From the NCBI GenBank assembly GCA_002721365.1, contig PBKC01000092.1:190-64189 (forward strand): a stretch of 64,000 bases of DNA. Direction: 5' to 3'. Shown here one piece after another: positions 27,629 through 37,522 of this stretch. Position 1 is the stretch's first letter. Every line of letters begins with the position of its first letter. The notes under the pieces are model-generated. The model saw nothing but the letters and a program-made list of their open reading frames with translations, had not been told where the DNA came from and did not search any database. The stretch comes from Rhodospirillaceae bacterium. GTDB taxonomy: Bacteria > Pseudomonadota > Alphaproteobacteria > GCA-2721365. The position numbers and the translations under genes were made by a program.

Positions 27629-29626
27629 ATGCTGACCCGACGATCCTTCCTGCGTACCGCAGCATCGGCCGGAGCGCTCCTGTCCATGGGCAGCCTGCTG
27701 CCAGCCTGGGCGAGAAGCCCGAGGACCCTCGCCGAAGCCGGCATCACCCCCCTTTCGGGCACCGAGTTCGACCTGGCCATCGACCGGACGACGGCGGCGA
27801 TCGACGGCCGGACCGGCCACGCGATCACCGTCAACGGCACCATCCCGGCGCCGCTGCTGCGCTGGAAGGAAGGCGACACGGTGACGATGCGGGTGACCAA
27901 CCGCCTGAACGAGGACAGCTCGATCCACTGGCACGGGATTCTGCTCCCGTTCCAGATGGACGGCGTCCCCGGCGTCACCTTTCCCGGCATCCGCCCCGGC
28001 GAGACCTTCACCTACCGCTTTCCGGTCAAGCAGGCCGGCACCTATTGGTATCATAGCCATTCGAATCTGCAGGAGCAGTCAGGCCATTACGGACCGCTGG
28101 TGATCGACCCCGCCGGCCACGATCACGTCGCCTACGACCGTGAATACGTGGTCGTCCTGTCGGACTGGACCTTCGAAAACCCGCACCGTCTGTTCGCCAA
28201 GCTGAAGAAGATGGGCGAAAGCCTGAACTATCAGCACCGGACGATCGGCGACTTCTTCGCCGACGTCGCCGAGGATGGGCTCGGCGCGACGGTCGACGAC
28301 CGGCTGGCCTGGGGCCGCATGCGGATGGCGCCGACCGACATCTCCGACGTCTCCGGCGCGACTTACACGTTCCTCGTCAACGGGCACGGGCCGGAGGACA
28401 ACTGGACGGCCCTGTTCGAGCCGGGCGAGCGGGTGCGCCTTCGCATCATCAATGCCTCGGCCATGACCATCTTCAACGTCCGCATTCCCGGCCTGCCGAT
28501 GACCGTGGTGCAAGCCGACGGCCTTCTCGTCCAGCCGGTCGAGACCGACGAGTTCCAGATCGGCGTCGCCGAGACCTACGACGTCGTCGTGCAGCCGGAG
28601 AAGGACGAGGCCTACACCCTGATGTGCGAAGGGATCGCGCGCATGGGTTATGGCCGCGCCACCCTGGCGCCGCGTCCGGGCATGCAGGCGCCGGTGCCGC
28701 CGCTCCGCCCCCGCCCTCTCCTCACCATGAAGGACATGGGCATGGGGATGGATATGGACATGGGCGGCCATGGCGGCCACGGGATGGCGATGACCGGAGA
28801 GAGCCAAGCGAGCGCCGCGCCCATGGCCGCCAAAATGGCCGGAGACGCCATGACGGCGGCGGACGGAGCCATGGATCATGGTGCCATGGATCACGCGGCC
28901 ACGGATTCGAGTGCGATGGCCGCCGAGACCATGGCCGACGGCATGGATCACGCCGCAATGGATCATGCCGCGACCGGCCATGGCGACACGATGGCGGCGA
29001 CCGGAGACATGGCCCCGCAGGACGGCATGGCGATGGATCAGGGCACGGCCGTGAATGACGGCATGGCCATGGACCACGACGCCATGGCCCAGCATGCCCA
29101 CCCGACCGGCCCCGGCGTCGCCAACACGGCGATGGAGCCGGTGAGCCGGCTGCACGAGCGCGGCATCGGGCTGGAGAACGAGCCCCACCGCGTCCTCGTC
29201 TACACCGACCTGAAGAGCCTGGAACGCAACCCGGACACCCGTCCGCCGGGCCGTGAGATGGAGCTGCATCTGACCAGCAACATGGAGCGCTACATGTGGT
29301 CGTTCGACGGCATGAAGTTCTCCGAAGTCACCGAGCCGATCGTCTTCCGTCACGGCGAACGGCTGCGGCTGACGATGGTGAACGACACCATGATGCCGCA
29401 TCCAATCCACCTGCACGGCATGTTCTTCGACGTCGTCAACGGCGCCGGCGACCACATGCCCCGGAAGCACACCATCATCGTCAAGCCGGGTGAGAAGCTC
29501 TCGGTCGACATCACTGCCGACGCGATCGGCGACTGGGCGTTCCACTGCCACCTGCTCTACCACATGCATGCCGGCATGTTCCGGGTGGTCTCGGTGCGCG
29601 ACCAGATGGCGGAGATTATGGAATGA
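27629..29626 (+). CDS. copA: Multicopper oxidase CopA (periplasmic, Tat-exported) with Met-rich insert
   Basis: Tat signal RRSFLRTAASAGA. MCO copper-site motifs (HWHG, HCHLLYHMHAGM). Long Met/His/Asp-rich segment (MGMGMDMDMGGHGGHGMAMTG...MDHAAMDH...). Confidence 0.9.
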   Translation: MLTRRSFLRTAASAGALLSMGSLLPAWARSPRTLAEAGITPLSGTEFDLAIDRTTAAIDGRTGHAITVNGTIPAPLLRWKEGDTVTMRVTNRLNEDSSIHWHGILLPFQMDGVPGVTFPGIRPGETFTYRFPVKQAGTYWYHSHSNLQEQSGHYGPLVIDPAGHDHVAYDREYVVVLSDWTFENPHRLFAKLKKMGESLNYQHRTIGDFFADVAEDGLGATVDDRLAWGRMRMAPTDISDVSGATYTFLVNGHGPEDNWTALFEPGERVRLRIINASAMTIFNVRIPGLPMTVVQADGLLVQPVETDEFQIGVAETYDVVVQPEKDEAYTLMCEGIARMGYGRATLAPRPGMQAPVPPLRPRPLLTMKDMGMGMDMDMGGHGGHGMAMTGESQASAAPMAAKMAGDAMTAADGAMDHGAMDHAATDSSAMAAETMADGMDHAAMDHAATGHGDTMAATGDMAPQDGMAMDQGTAVNDGMAMDHDAMAQHAHPTGPGVANTAMEPVSRLHERGIGLENEPHRVLVYTDLKSLERNPDTRPPGREMELHLTSNMERYMWSFDGMKFSEVTEPIVFRHGERLRLTMVNDTMMPHPIHLHGMFFDVVNGAGDHMPRKHTIIVKPGEKLSVDITADAIGDWAFHCHLLYHMHAGMFRVVSVRDQMAEIME

Positions 29627-30396
29627 GGACTGCCGGCTCGATCATAGCGCTGCTGCTCGCGACGGCTGTCCTGCCGGCCCACGCCCAGAACGCCGCCGAC
29701 AGCTATTACGACCCCGCGGAGATGGCCGCCGCCCGCAAGGCGCTTCACGAAGGCATGGGTGGCCAGACCCTCTATCTGATAGAGGGGGACCGGCTCGAAT
29801 ACCGGACCAATGAAGGCAACCCCGCCATGCTGTGGGATGCCCAGGGTTGGGTCGGCGACGACATGAACAAGGCCTGGTTCAAGACCGAAGGCGAGTATCT
29901 GTTCGACGATCACAGCTTCGAAGAGGCGGAAGTCCAGGCTCTCTACGGCCGGACCATCTCCACCTATTTCGATCTCCAGGCCGGCATCCGCCACGACTTC
30001 CGACCCGATCCGTCACGCACGTTCGGCGTCATCGGCGTGCAGGGCCTGGCGCCCTACTGGTTCGAGCTCGATGCCGCCGCCTTCGTCAGCGAGGACGGCG
30101 ACGTCTCGGCCCGCATCGAGGCCGAGTACGAGCTGCCGATCACCCAGCGCCTGATCCTCCAGCCCCGGACCGAGCTCAATCTGGCGGTCCAGGACGTCCC
30201 GGAGCTTGGCATCGGGTCGGGCCTCAGTACCGTCGATCTCGGGCTCCGGCTCCGCTACGAGATCGTCCGCGAGTTCGCCCCCTATGTCGGCGTGTCTTGG
30301 AACCGTGCGGTAGGCGAGACCGCCGACTTCGCTCGGCAGGATGGCGAGGACGTGTCGTCGGTCTCCTTCGTTGCCGGAGTCCGGTTCTGGTACTGA
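29623..30396 (+). CDS. copB: Copper resistance outer-membrane protein CopB
   Basis: Signal peptide. The start overlaps the copA stop. CopB-family beta-barrel with C-terminal ...FVAGVRFWY. Confidence 0.85.
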   Translation: MRTAGSIIALLLATAVLPAHAQNAADSYYDPAEMAAARKALHEGMGGQTLYLIEGDRLEYRTNEGNPAMLWDAQGWVGDDMNKAWFKTEGEYLFDDHSFEEAEVQALYGRTISTYFDLQAGIRHDFRPDPSRTFGVIGVQGLAPYWFELDAAAFVSEDGDVSARIEAEYELPITQRLILQPRTELNLAVQDVPELGIGSGLSTVDLGLRLRYEIVREFAPYVGVSWNRAVGETADFARQDGEDVSSVSFVAGVRFWY

Positions 30397-30439
30397 GCGG
30401 CCAAGTCTGTCGAAACGGAACCTGACAAGAGGTGTCCCG

Positions 30440-31051
30440 ATGCGATCAAGACATCTAGCTGCCGCACTTGCTGCGGCCCTTCTCCTCGGATCTGCGGCCT
30501 CGGTGGCCCTCGCCCATGATCATGAACGTGGGCATGGCGATCACCACGGTGGGCATATGGATATGTCCGAATCCGCGGGCCATCCGGCGCCCGACAGCAA
30601 ACCGGACCGGCGGGTCGAGATCACGGCCCATGACGACATGACCTTCGATCCACCGGGGATCCATGCCGAAGCCGGCGAGACGATCGAGTTCCTGGTCACC
30701 AACAACGGGAAAATAGCGCACTCCTGGTCGCTCGGGACCTCCGACGGACAGATGGCGCACGAACGGGAAATGGCGGCCCTGTCGATGAGCGCGATGGCCT
30801 CACATATGGAAGGCGCGCCCAACGGCTTCGTCCTGCAGCCCGGCGAAACCCGCTCGCTCGTCTGGCAGTTCGGCGAGAACGGCTCCGTCGAATATGCCTG
30901 CCACATGCCCGGCCACTTCGCCGCCGGCATGGTCGGCGAGGTTCAGGTGGATACCGCGATGCACATGGATGGTGGCGTGCACACCGATTCCCATCACGGT
31001 GAGGGCGGGCATCATGCCGGCGAAGCGATGCACGACCGGGATGACCACTGA
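30440..31051 (+). CDS. Periplasmic cupredoxin-like copper protein with His/Met-rich tails (CopI-like)
   Basis: Signal peptide. His-rich N-terminal (HDHERGHGDHHGGHMDM). Type-1 Cu ligand motif YACHMPGHFAAGM. His-rich C-terminus (HHGEGGHHAGEAMHDRDDH). AAGAGGTG RBS. Confidence 0.65.
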   Translation: MRSRHLAAALAAALLLGSAASVALAHDHERGHGDHHGGHMDMSESAGHPAPDSKPDRRVEITAHDDMTFDPPGIHAEAGETIEFLVTNNGKIAHSWSLGTSDGQMAHEREMAALSMSAMASHMEGAPNGFVLQPGETRSLVWQFGENGSVEYACHMPGHFAAGMVGEVQVDTAMHMDGGVHTDSHHGEGGHHAGEAMHDRDDH

Positions 31052-31107
31052 TTTTCCCAGGCCCTGAACAGACCGACACAGAGTCCAACACAGCGGGAGG
31101 AACGGCC

Positions 31108-31509
31108 ATGGCGAAGGCAAGCGCTTCGGAAGAACCCCGATGCCGGGCATCGGTTGGCAGACGGGCGTTCGCCGCCTCGGCGGCCGCTCTGCTGTCGGTT
31201 ACGGCCGGTCCCGTGGCCGCCCAGGACGCGCCGCCGCAGCGGTATTGGAGCGATCACATGTGGGACGGCCGGATGATGGGCGGTGACTGGGGATGGGGAC
31301 ACATGCTGTTCGGCTCGATTTCCATGATCATTTTCTGGGGCGGTCTCATCCTGCTGGTCGTCCTGCTGATCCGCTGGCTCGGCGACGGCCACACGGGCTT
31401 CGGCCCCCGGCGGCGCACGGCGCTCGACATTCTCGAGGAACGCTTCGCCCGCGGCGAAATCGACCATGAGGAATTCGAAGCCCGGCGGCGGCGTCTGTCG
31501 GACCGCTGA
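31108..31509 (+). CDS. Membrane protein with C-terminal SHOCT domain
   Basis: One TM ([19 protein letters not shown]) plus a SHOCT-like C-terminus ([26 protein letters not shown]). Confidence 0.55.
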   Translation: MAKASASEEPRCRASVGRRAFAASAAALLSVTAGPVAAQDAPPQRYWSDHMWDGRMMGGDWGWGHMLFGSISMIIFWGGLILLVVLLIRWLGDGHTGFGPRRRTALDILEERFARGEIDHEEFEARRRRLSDR

Positions 31510-31594
31510 GCCAGCAATCCTTCACGCTCGCCGCGCACGTCCCGGCGACGCCAAGCGTTCCGTCCACACTCAGACTCGTCCGACCGGCGGGGCC

Positions 31595-33661
31595 ATGAAC
31601 GACACGCACGCGCAAGACCACAGTGGTCATGGGAACGGAGGTCATAAGGGGCACGATCACGCCCATATGATCACCGACTTCAAGCGGCGGTTCTGGGTAT
31701 CGATCGTTCTGACGGTACCCATCCTTCTTCTCTCGCCGATGATCCGGACCTTCCTCGGGATCGGCGATGCCGTCGCCTTTGCCGGCGATTCCTATGTCCT
31801 GGCAGGACTGTCGACGATCGTCTTCGTCTATGGTGGCTGGCCGTTCCTCACGGGACTCGCCGGCGAGGTCGGCAAGGGCCGGCCGGGCATGATGACCCTG
31901 ATCGGTCTCGCCGTGACGGTAGCCTATGTGTACTCGGTCGCGATCGTCCTGGGCCTGGACGGCAAGGTCTTCTTCTGGGAGCTGGCGACCCTGATCGACG
32001 TCATGCTGCTCGGTCACTGGATCGAGATGCGGTCGGTGATGGGCGCGTCGCGGGCACTGGACGAACTGATCCGGATGATGCCCGACACCGCCGACAAGGT
32101 GACGGAGGACGGCAGGACGGAAACGGTCCGGGTCTCCGATCTGGTCGCCGGAGACAAGGTTCTCGTCCGGCCGGGGGCCAAGGTCCCGATCGACGGCGTG
32201 ATCGTCGAAGGCCGTACCAGCCTGGATGAATCGATGCTCACGGGCGAATCCCGCCCGGTCGAAAAAGGTGAAGCCGACGAAGTCGTCGGCGGGTCGGTCA
32301 ATGGCGACGGCGCCATCACCGTCGAGGTCGAGAAGACCGGTGCCGAGACCTACCTGTCGCAGGTCGTGTCGATGGTCCGGCAGGCGCAGGAGTCACGCTC
32401 GCGCAGCCAGAACATGGCCGACCGCGCGGCTGGCTGGCTGACCTACATCGCCATCATCGTGGGCCTCGTCACCCTGGTTGCCTGGCTGATCGCCGGGAGC
32501 GACTTCCAGTTCGCCCTGGCGCGGATGGTCACGGTCATGGTGATCACCTGCCCGCACGCCCTGGGACTCGCCGTTCCGCTCGTCGTCGCCGTCAGTACCG
32601 GGATCAGCGCCGCGAACGGCCTCTTGATCCGCGACCGGGCGAGCTTCGAGCGTGCTCGCAATCTCGACGCCGTGATCTTCGATAAGACCGGAACTCTGAC
32701 CCAGGGCCGGTTCGGTGTCAGCGACGTGGTGGCGGTGAGCGACCTGTCGGAGAATGAGATTCTGCGATTGGCCGCCTCGCTCGAAAGCCGCTCGGAGCAT
32801 CCGATTGCCCGCGGCATCACCGCCGCCGCCGAGGAACGGCGCATCGACATCAGCCAGCCGGAGAACTTCGAGAACCTGCGCGGGCGCGGCGCGCAGGGGC
32901 GCGTCGGCGATCATGCGGTGAAGGTCGTAAGCCCGAGCTATATCAGAGAGCAGGGCCTGGCGGTGGAGAACGCCCGCGTCGACGACCTCGCCGCGGAAGG
33001 CAAGACGGTCGTCCATGTCATGGCGGATGAGAGGGTGGTAGGCGCAATAGCCCTGGCCGATCTCGTACGGGACGAGTCGCGCGAAGCAGTGACGAAACTC
33101 AAGGACATGGGTCTTCGCTGCATCATGCTGACCGGCGATGCCGAGGCCGTCGCCAAATCGGTGGCGGGTGAACTCGGTCTCGACGAGTATTTTGCCGAAG
33201 TCCTTCCGGACCAGAAGGCCGACAAGGTCAAGCAGGTGAAAGCGGAAGGCCGGACGGTCGCCATGGTCGGCGACGGGGTCAACGACGCGCCGGCCCTTGT
33301 CGAAGCCGATCTCGGCATCGCCATCGGTGCCGGCACCGACGTCGCTATCGAGTCCGCCGATGTCGTTCTCGTCCGCAACGACCCGCGCGACGTCGTCGCG
33401 ATCCTGGCGCTTTCGCGCGCTACCTATAGAAAGATGATCCAGAATTTCGCATTGGCGACGGGATACAACGTGGTCGCCATCCCGCTGGCCGCAGGTGTCG
33501 GGATCGCCTGGGGCATTCTGCTGTCGCCTGCCGTGGGCGCGGCACTCATGTCCGTAAGCACCGTTCTTGTCGCCATCAATGCAAAGCTGTTGGGACGCTT
33601 CAGCGACTCAGCCGGCCTCGCCAGCGAAAAACAACCATCAAATAAACATAACTCAGGTTAA
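31595..33661 (+). CDS. P1B-3-type copper-transporting P-type ATPase (CopB-like; His-rich N-terminal metal-binding domain, CPH motif)
   Basis: His-rich N-terminus ([20 protein letters not shown]) instead of a CxxC MBD. TM6 motif [10 protein letters not shown] (CPH). DKTGT phosphorylation site, GDGVNDAP hinge, and the HP/TGES motifs are present. Confidence 0.9.
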   Translation: MNDTHAQDHSGHGNGGHKGHDHAHMITDFKRRFWVSIVLTVPILLLSPMIRTFLGIGDAVAFAGDSYVLAGLSTIVFVYGGWPFLTGLAGEVGKGRPGMMTLIGLAVTVAYVYSVAIVLGLDGKVFFWELATLIDVMLLGHWIEMRSVMGASRALDELIRMMPDTADKVTEDGRTETVRVSDLVAGDKVLVRPGAKVPIDGVIVEGRTSLDESMLTGESRPVEKGEADEVVGGSVNGDGAITVEVEKTGAETYLSQVVSMVRQAQESRSRSQNMADRAAGWLTYIAIIVGLVTLVAWLIAGSDFQFALARMVTVMVITCPHALGLAVPLVVAVSTGISAANGLLIRDRASFERARNLDAVIFDKTGTLTQGRFGVSDVVAVSDLSENEILRLAASLESRSEHPIARGITAAAEERRIDISQPENFENLRGRGAQGRVGDHAVKVVSPSYIREQGLAVENARVDDLAAEGKTVVHVMADERVVGAIALADLVRDESREAVTKLKDMGLRCIMLTGDAEAVAKSVAGELGLDEYFAEVLPDQKADKVKQVKAEGRTVAMVGDGVNDAPALVEADLGIAIGAGTDVAIESADVVLVRNDPRDVVAILALSRATYRKMIQNFALATGYNVVAIPLAAGVGIAWGILLSPAVGAALMSVSTVLVAINAKLLGRFSDSAGLASEKQPSNKHNSG

Positions 33662-33714
33662 AGAATATTGCGGTTACCTAAAGTAATATTTCCACCTAGT
33701 AAGAGGAGGCTCCA

Positions 33715-34578
33715 ATGTTTAGAAGCAGTCTAGTTGCTCTTGCCGCTTTCCTGTCTCTGACCGCGACCGGCTTGCCTGCGGCGGCGCAGCAAGATCAGAC
33801 AGATCAGCCCCAGGCCACGGCCCCCGGACCTATGGCCGGCATGATGCATCGGCGCGGCATGGGCATGATGGGTGAGCCGGGTGCGGCCTGCCCGTTCGCC
33901 GACGACGGCGCCACCTGCGGCCGGATGACGGACGACGACATGAGAGGCCCAGGCATGATGGGCGGCGGCATGATGCCGATGATGCGCATGATGCACGGAG
34001 GACAAGGTATGGGCGGCGGCACGCCGTCGGTCATCATCAATATCTATCCCGGCGGTCCCATGGGGATGAACATGGGCGGCATGGGTATGGGCATGATGGC
34101 CGGCCCCATGATGAACCGGAGCACGGGTATGGGCATGGGACCGGGAATGGGTATGGGCCGCGGCATGTCGAACGGCGACATGACGATGGGCGGCATGGGC
34201 CGAGGCCGCGTGAACATGATGGCCGACGACAGCGATAGCGACATGTTCGGCCCCGGCCGCGACGCCTATGGCGGCATGGGTATGGGCATGGGCCGCGGCA
34301 TGATGGGCGGCGGCATGATGATGGGGCCGATGGCGGGCGACGGCATGCAGGGTGGCATGCATCGGGGCCGGGGCCGCGACCTGGACCTTTCGGAAGACGA
34401 CGTCCGCGAGATGATGAGTGAACATTTCGCCATGATGGGCCGCGACGATCTCACCGTCAGCACGGTCAGTCCGATCGACGACGACCTGATGAGCGTGGAC
34501 GTCGCAACCACGGATGGTCAGGAGCATCATCGCATGGTGGTCAATCGCCACTCGGGCGCGATGATGCGCGCGGACTGA
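33715..34578 (+). CDS. Secreted Met/Gly-rich low-complexity protein (about 25% Met; MGMGMG repeats), probable Cu(I)-binding periplasmic protein
   Basis: Cleavable signal peptide. Extended (M/G)n repeats (GMGMGMMAGPMM, GMGMGPGMGMGRGM, GGMGMGMGRGMMGGGMMMGPM). Two Cys (CPFADDGATC). Structured-looking C-terminal about 60 aa. GAGGAGG RBS. Located within the copper island. The antisense His/Ala-rich ORF 33730-34551 is rejected as a mirror artefact. Confidence 0.6.
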   Translation: MFRSSLVALAAFLSLTATGLPAAAQQDQTDQPQATAPGPMAGMMHRRGMGMMGEPGAACPFADDGATCGRMTDDDMRGPGMMGGGMMPMMRMMHGGQGMGGGTPSVIINIYPGGPMGMNMGGMGMGMMAGPMMNRSTGMGMGPGMGMGRGMSNGDMTMGGMGRGRVNMMADDSDSDMFGPGRDAYGGMGMGMGRGMMGGGMMMGPMAGDGMQGGMHRGRGRDLDLSEDDVREMMSEHFAMMGRDDLTVSTVSPIDDDLMSVDVATTDGQEHHRMVVNRHSGAMMRAD

Positions 34579-34653
34579 ACGGCTCCTTGCGCAACCGGGA
34601 ACGATCCCGCTTGTTCAGCGTGGTATAATACCCAATCAAACCGAGGCTCGAAC

Positions 34654-35136
34654 ATGCGGAAACTCATCCTGGCTGCACTGGCGATCGGCGTCATGACCGC
34701 CCATCCCGTGCTTGCCGACCCGCCGCCGCATGCCGGTGGCGGGCCTGGCAAGGGCAAGGGAAAGGCCGGGGAAGTCCATCATGCTCCTTCCCTCAGGCAT
34801 GGAGACGAAGGGCGTGACGGCGTCGACATCGCTATCCGGTTCGGCGACCGGGACTATCAGGCGATCCGAAGCTATTACGGAAACATCGGCAATTGCCCGC
34901 CAGGGCTGGCCAAGAAGCATAATGGCTGCCAGCCGCCCGGACAGGCGAAGAAGTGGCGGCTCGGTCACCGGCTTCCCGGCGATGTCGTCTATTACGACCT
35001 GCCGCCGGATCTGCTGGTCCATCTCTCGCGGACGTCGGCCGGCTACAAATATGTCCGTGTCGGCGCCGACATCCTGAAGATCGCCGTCGGTACCGGCCTC
35101 GTGGTCGACGCCATCGAGGATCTGGGCCGGCTCTAG
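34654..35136 (+). CDS. RcnB/YohN-family periplasmic metal homeostasis protein
   Basis: Signal peptide. C-terminal motif GHRLPGDVVYYDLPPDLL...GYKYVRVGADILKIAVGTGLVVDAI typical of the RcnB family. Confidence 0.5.
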   Translation: MRKLILAALAIGVMTAHPVLADPPPHAGGGPGKGKGKAGEVHHAPSLRHGDEGRDGVDIAIRFGDRDYQAIRSYYGNIGNCPPGLAKKHNGCQPPGQAKKWRLGHRLPGDVVYYDLPPDLLVHLSRTSAGYKYVRVGADILKIAVGTGLVVDAIEDLGRL

Positions 35137-35152
35137 ATTACCCGCCGTCTCC

Positions 35153-35182
35153 GATCGTGTTCCGGACCTCCGGAACACGATC
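35153..35182. terminator. 13-bp perfect-stem hairpin between convergent rcnB-like and katE genes (possible bidirectional terminator)
   Basis: GATCGTGTTCCGG-acct-CCGGAACACGATC. Weak T-tract on the plus side (GGCTTTGT). Confidence 0.4.
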
Positions 35183-35199
35183 GGCTTTGTCCAGCGGCG

Positions 35200-37305
35200 T
35201 CAGGCGGGCACGCCCTCGGCCTGACGGTCGAAATGGCGGTGCTTGGTGATCGCCGCGACGAAGGAACCGGCGAAGTCCGAGACGTTCGCACCGTCCGGAC
35301 CGGTCACAACCCCCTTTACGGCCTCGACGCCGTCGCCGCCCTCCGGCAGATCGGGAAGCGAGGCCTGGCGCAGCAGCGCGACGCCCTCGCCCAGGGCGGC
35401 GATCGGCTTGAAGTGCGCGAACGCCTCGTCGATGAAGTGGACGGCGAGGCCCATCTTCTTCAACGCCGCCGCGCTGTCCTTGCCGCCCGGCACGAACACC
35501 GCGTCGTAGATCACCGAGGGTGCGTTCGGCGCCGCCCGGTCGACGGGGATGCTGCCGCCATCGGCGGTCTTCACGGTCCCCGAGGTCTTGGCGATCACCT
35601 CCGTCACCGCGCCCTCGCCTTCCAGCGCCTTCTTCACCGCCTCGAGCTGCGCGCCGTCGACGCCGTCCCCGGCGAGGATGGCGATCTTGCGGCCTTTGAT
35701 CGAGTCGGCCGGCTTGTCCATGCTCAGCGCCGGCGACTTGCCCGGCTCCCCGGCCTTGCCGCCCTTGACCCGGCCCTTCAGCTCGACGCCGACATTGTCG
35801 GCCACCCGCTTCGCCAGATCGGCGTTCACATGGGCCAGCAACTCGGTCACGACACGTTCTCGGATTTCCATAACGTTCACCATGTTGAGCTCGAAGGAGA
35901 ACGCTTCGACGATGTGGTCCTGCTCCCACCCGGCCATGCTGTCCCAGAACAGCGCCGCCTGGCTGAAGTGGTCGCCGAAGCTCTTGCTGCGGACGCGGAT
36001 CTTCCGCCCGTCGACCTTCTCGGCGTAACTCGTGAAGGCCGCCATCGCCTCGGGCGAATGCGCGGGGCATCCGCCGCCGAGGGAATTCGGGAAATACGCC
36101 ACCCGCCCCTTGTCGACGGTCTGCCGGCCCATGGCGTCGCGCTGGTTGTTCCGCACCGGGTTGATCGGCCGGTTGATCGGCAGCTCGGCGAAGTTCGGAC
36201 CGACGCGGCGAAGCTGGGTGTCGATGTAGGAGAACAGCCGCCCCTGAAGCAGGGGATCGTTGGTGAAGTCGATGCCCGGCACCACATGGCCGGGGTGGAA
36301 GGCCGCCTGTTCGGTCTCGGCGAAGTAGTTGTCGGGGTTGCGGTCGAGGACCATCTTCCCCACCCGCTTCACCGGCACCAGCTCCTCCGGGATGATCTTG
36401 GTCGGATCCAGAAGATCGAAGTCGAACTTGTGCTCGTCTGCTTCCGGAACGATCTGCAGACCCAGCTCCCATTCCAGGAAGTCGCCGCGCTCGATCGCCT
36501 CGAACATGTCCTTGCGATTGAAGTCCGGGTCCTTGCCGGCGACCTTCTGTGCTTCGTCCCACACCAGCGAATGGATGCCCTTCAGCGGCTTCCAGTGGAA
36601 CTTGACGAAGTGCGCCTTGCCCTCGGCGTTGACCAGCCGGAAGGTGTGGACGCCGAAGCCTTCCATCATCGCGAAGCTGCGCGGGATGCCGCGGTCGGAC
36701 ATCACCCACATCAGCATGTGGGTGGTCTCGGGCGTCAGCGAGGCGAAGTCCCAGAAAGTATCGTGGGCCGACTGCGCCTGCGGAATCTCGTTGTGGGGCT
36801 CGGGCTTCACGGCGTGGATCAGGTCGGGGAACTTGATCGCGTCCTGGATGAAGAAGACCGGGATGTTGTTGCCGACCAGGTCCCAGATGCCCTCCTCCGT
36901 ATAGAACTTGACCGCGAAGCCGCGGACGTCGCGCGGCGTGTCGACCGACCCGCGCGAGCCGACCACGGTCGAGAAGCGCACGAACACCGGCGTCTTCTTC
37001 GACGGGTCCTGGAACAGCGACGCCTTGGTGTAGGGGGCCAGGGATTCGTAGACTTGGAAATAGCCGTGTGCCGCAGCGCCGCGGGCGTGGACCACGCGCT
37101 CGGGGATGCGCTCATGGTCGAAATGGGTGATCTTCTCGCGGAGGTGGAAGTCCTCCATAAGCGTCGGGCCGCGCTCCCCGACGGTCAGGGAATTCTGATC
37201 GTCGTCGATCATCAGCCCCTGATTGGTGGTCATGTGCTCGCCGGCGTCGCGCCGGTCGCGCTCCATGTCGCGAAGCTTCGCGTCGTCTCGGGTTTCCTCG
37301 CTCAT
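35200..37305 (-). CDS. katE: Large-subunit monofunctional catalase HPII (KatE) with C-terminal DJ-1/PfpI-like domain
   Basis: Catalase core motifs ([28 protein letters not shown]), 701 aa. The antisense ORF 35233-37467 is rejected. Confidence 0.95.
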   Translation of the reverse strand: MSEETRDDAKLRDMERDRRDAGEHMTTNQGLMIDDDQNSLTVGERGPTLMEDFHLREKITHFDHERIPERVVHARGAAAHGYFQVYESLAPYTKASLFQDPSKKTPVFVRFSTVVGSRGSVDTPRDVRGFAVKFYTEEGIWDLVGNNIPVFFIQDAIKFPDLIHAVKPEPHNEIPQAQSAHDTFWDFASLTPETTHMLMWVMSDRGIPRSFAMMEGFGVHTFRLVNAEGKAHFVKFHWKPLKGIHSLVWDEAQKVAGKDPDFNRKDMFEAIERGDFLEWELGLQIVPEADEHKFDFDLLDPTKIIPEELVPVKRVGKMVLDRNPDNYFAETEQAAFHPGHVVPGIDFTNDPLLQGRLFSYIDTQLRRVGPNFAELPINRPINPVRNNQRDAMGRQTVDKGRVAYFPNSLGGGCPAHSPEAMAAFTSYAEKVDGRKIRVRSKSFGDHFSQAALFWDSMAGWEQDHIVEAFSFELNMVNVMEIRERVVTELLAHVNADLAKRVADNVGVELKGRVKGGKAGEPGKSPALSMDKPADSIKGRKIAILAGDGVDGAQLEAVKKALEGEGAVTEVIAKTSGTVKTADGGSIPVDRAAPNAPSVIYDAVFVPGGKDSAAALKKMGLAVHFIDEAFAHFKPIAALGEGVALLRQASLPDLPEGGDGVEAVKGVVTGPDGANVSDFAGSFVAAITKHRHFDRQAEGVPA

Positions 37306-37522
37306 ATGCTCTCCGCCGGATGCGGTTGGGGGGGATCTCGCCTTCTTGTAATGACTCTAAAACGCCGGACCGCGACGGTGGTTCGGGGGTGGAGAGAAGT
37401 TCTTCGAAAAACGGTCCCCGAGCCTCCCGACCGAATTTCGAATAGGTTGTTCGCGCGCATTTCGTGAAGTGGCGCTACTCTCTGTTTGGTGACCCGGTTC
37501 CCGCGGATGGGAAACACGAGAA

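Noticed and set aside
33730-34551. His/Ala-rich 273-aa ORF antisense to the Met/Gly-rich gene
   Set aside because: Mirror image of the ATG/GGC codon repeats (CAT/GCC). It has no signal peptide, RBS or start context. The sense gene has a signal peptide and RBS.
35138-37467. 523-aa minus-strand and 744-aa plus-strand ORFs overlapping katE
   Set aside because: The catalase frame is unambiguous. These are antisense or alternate-frame artefacts.
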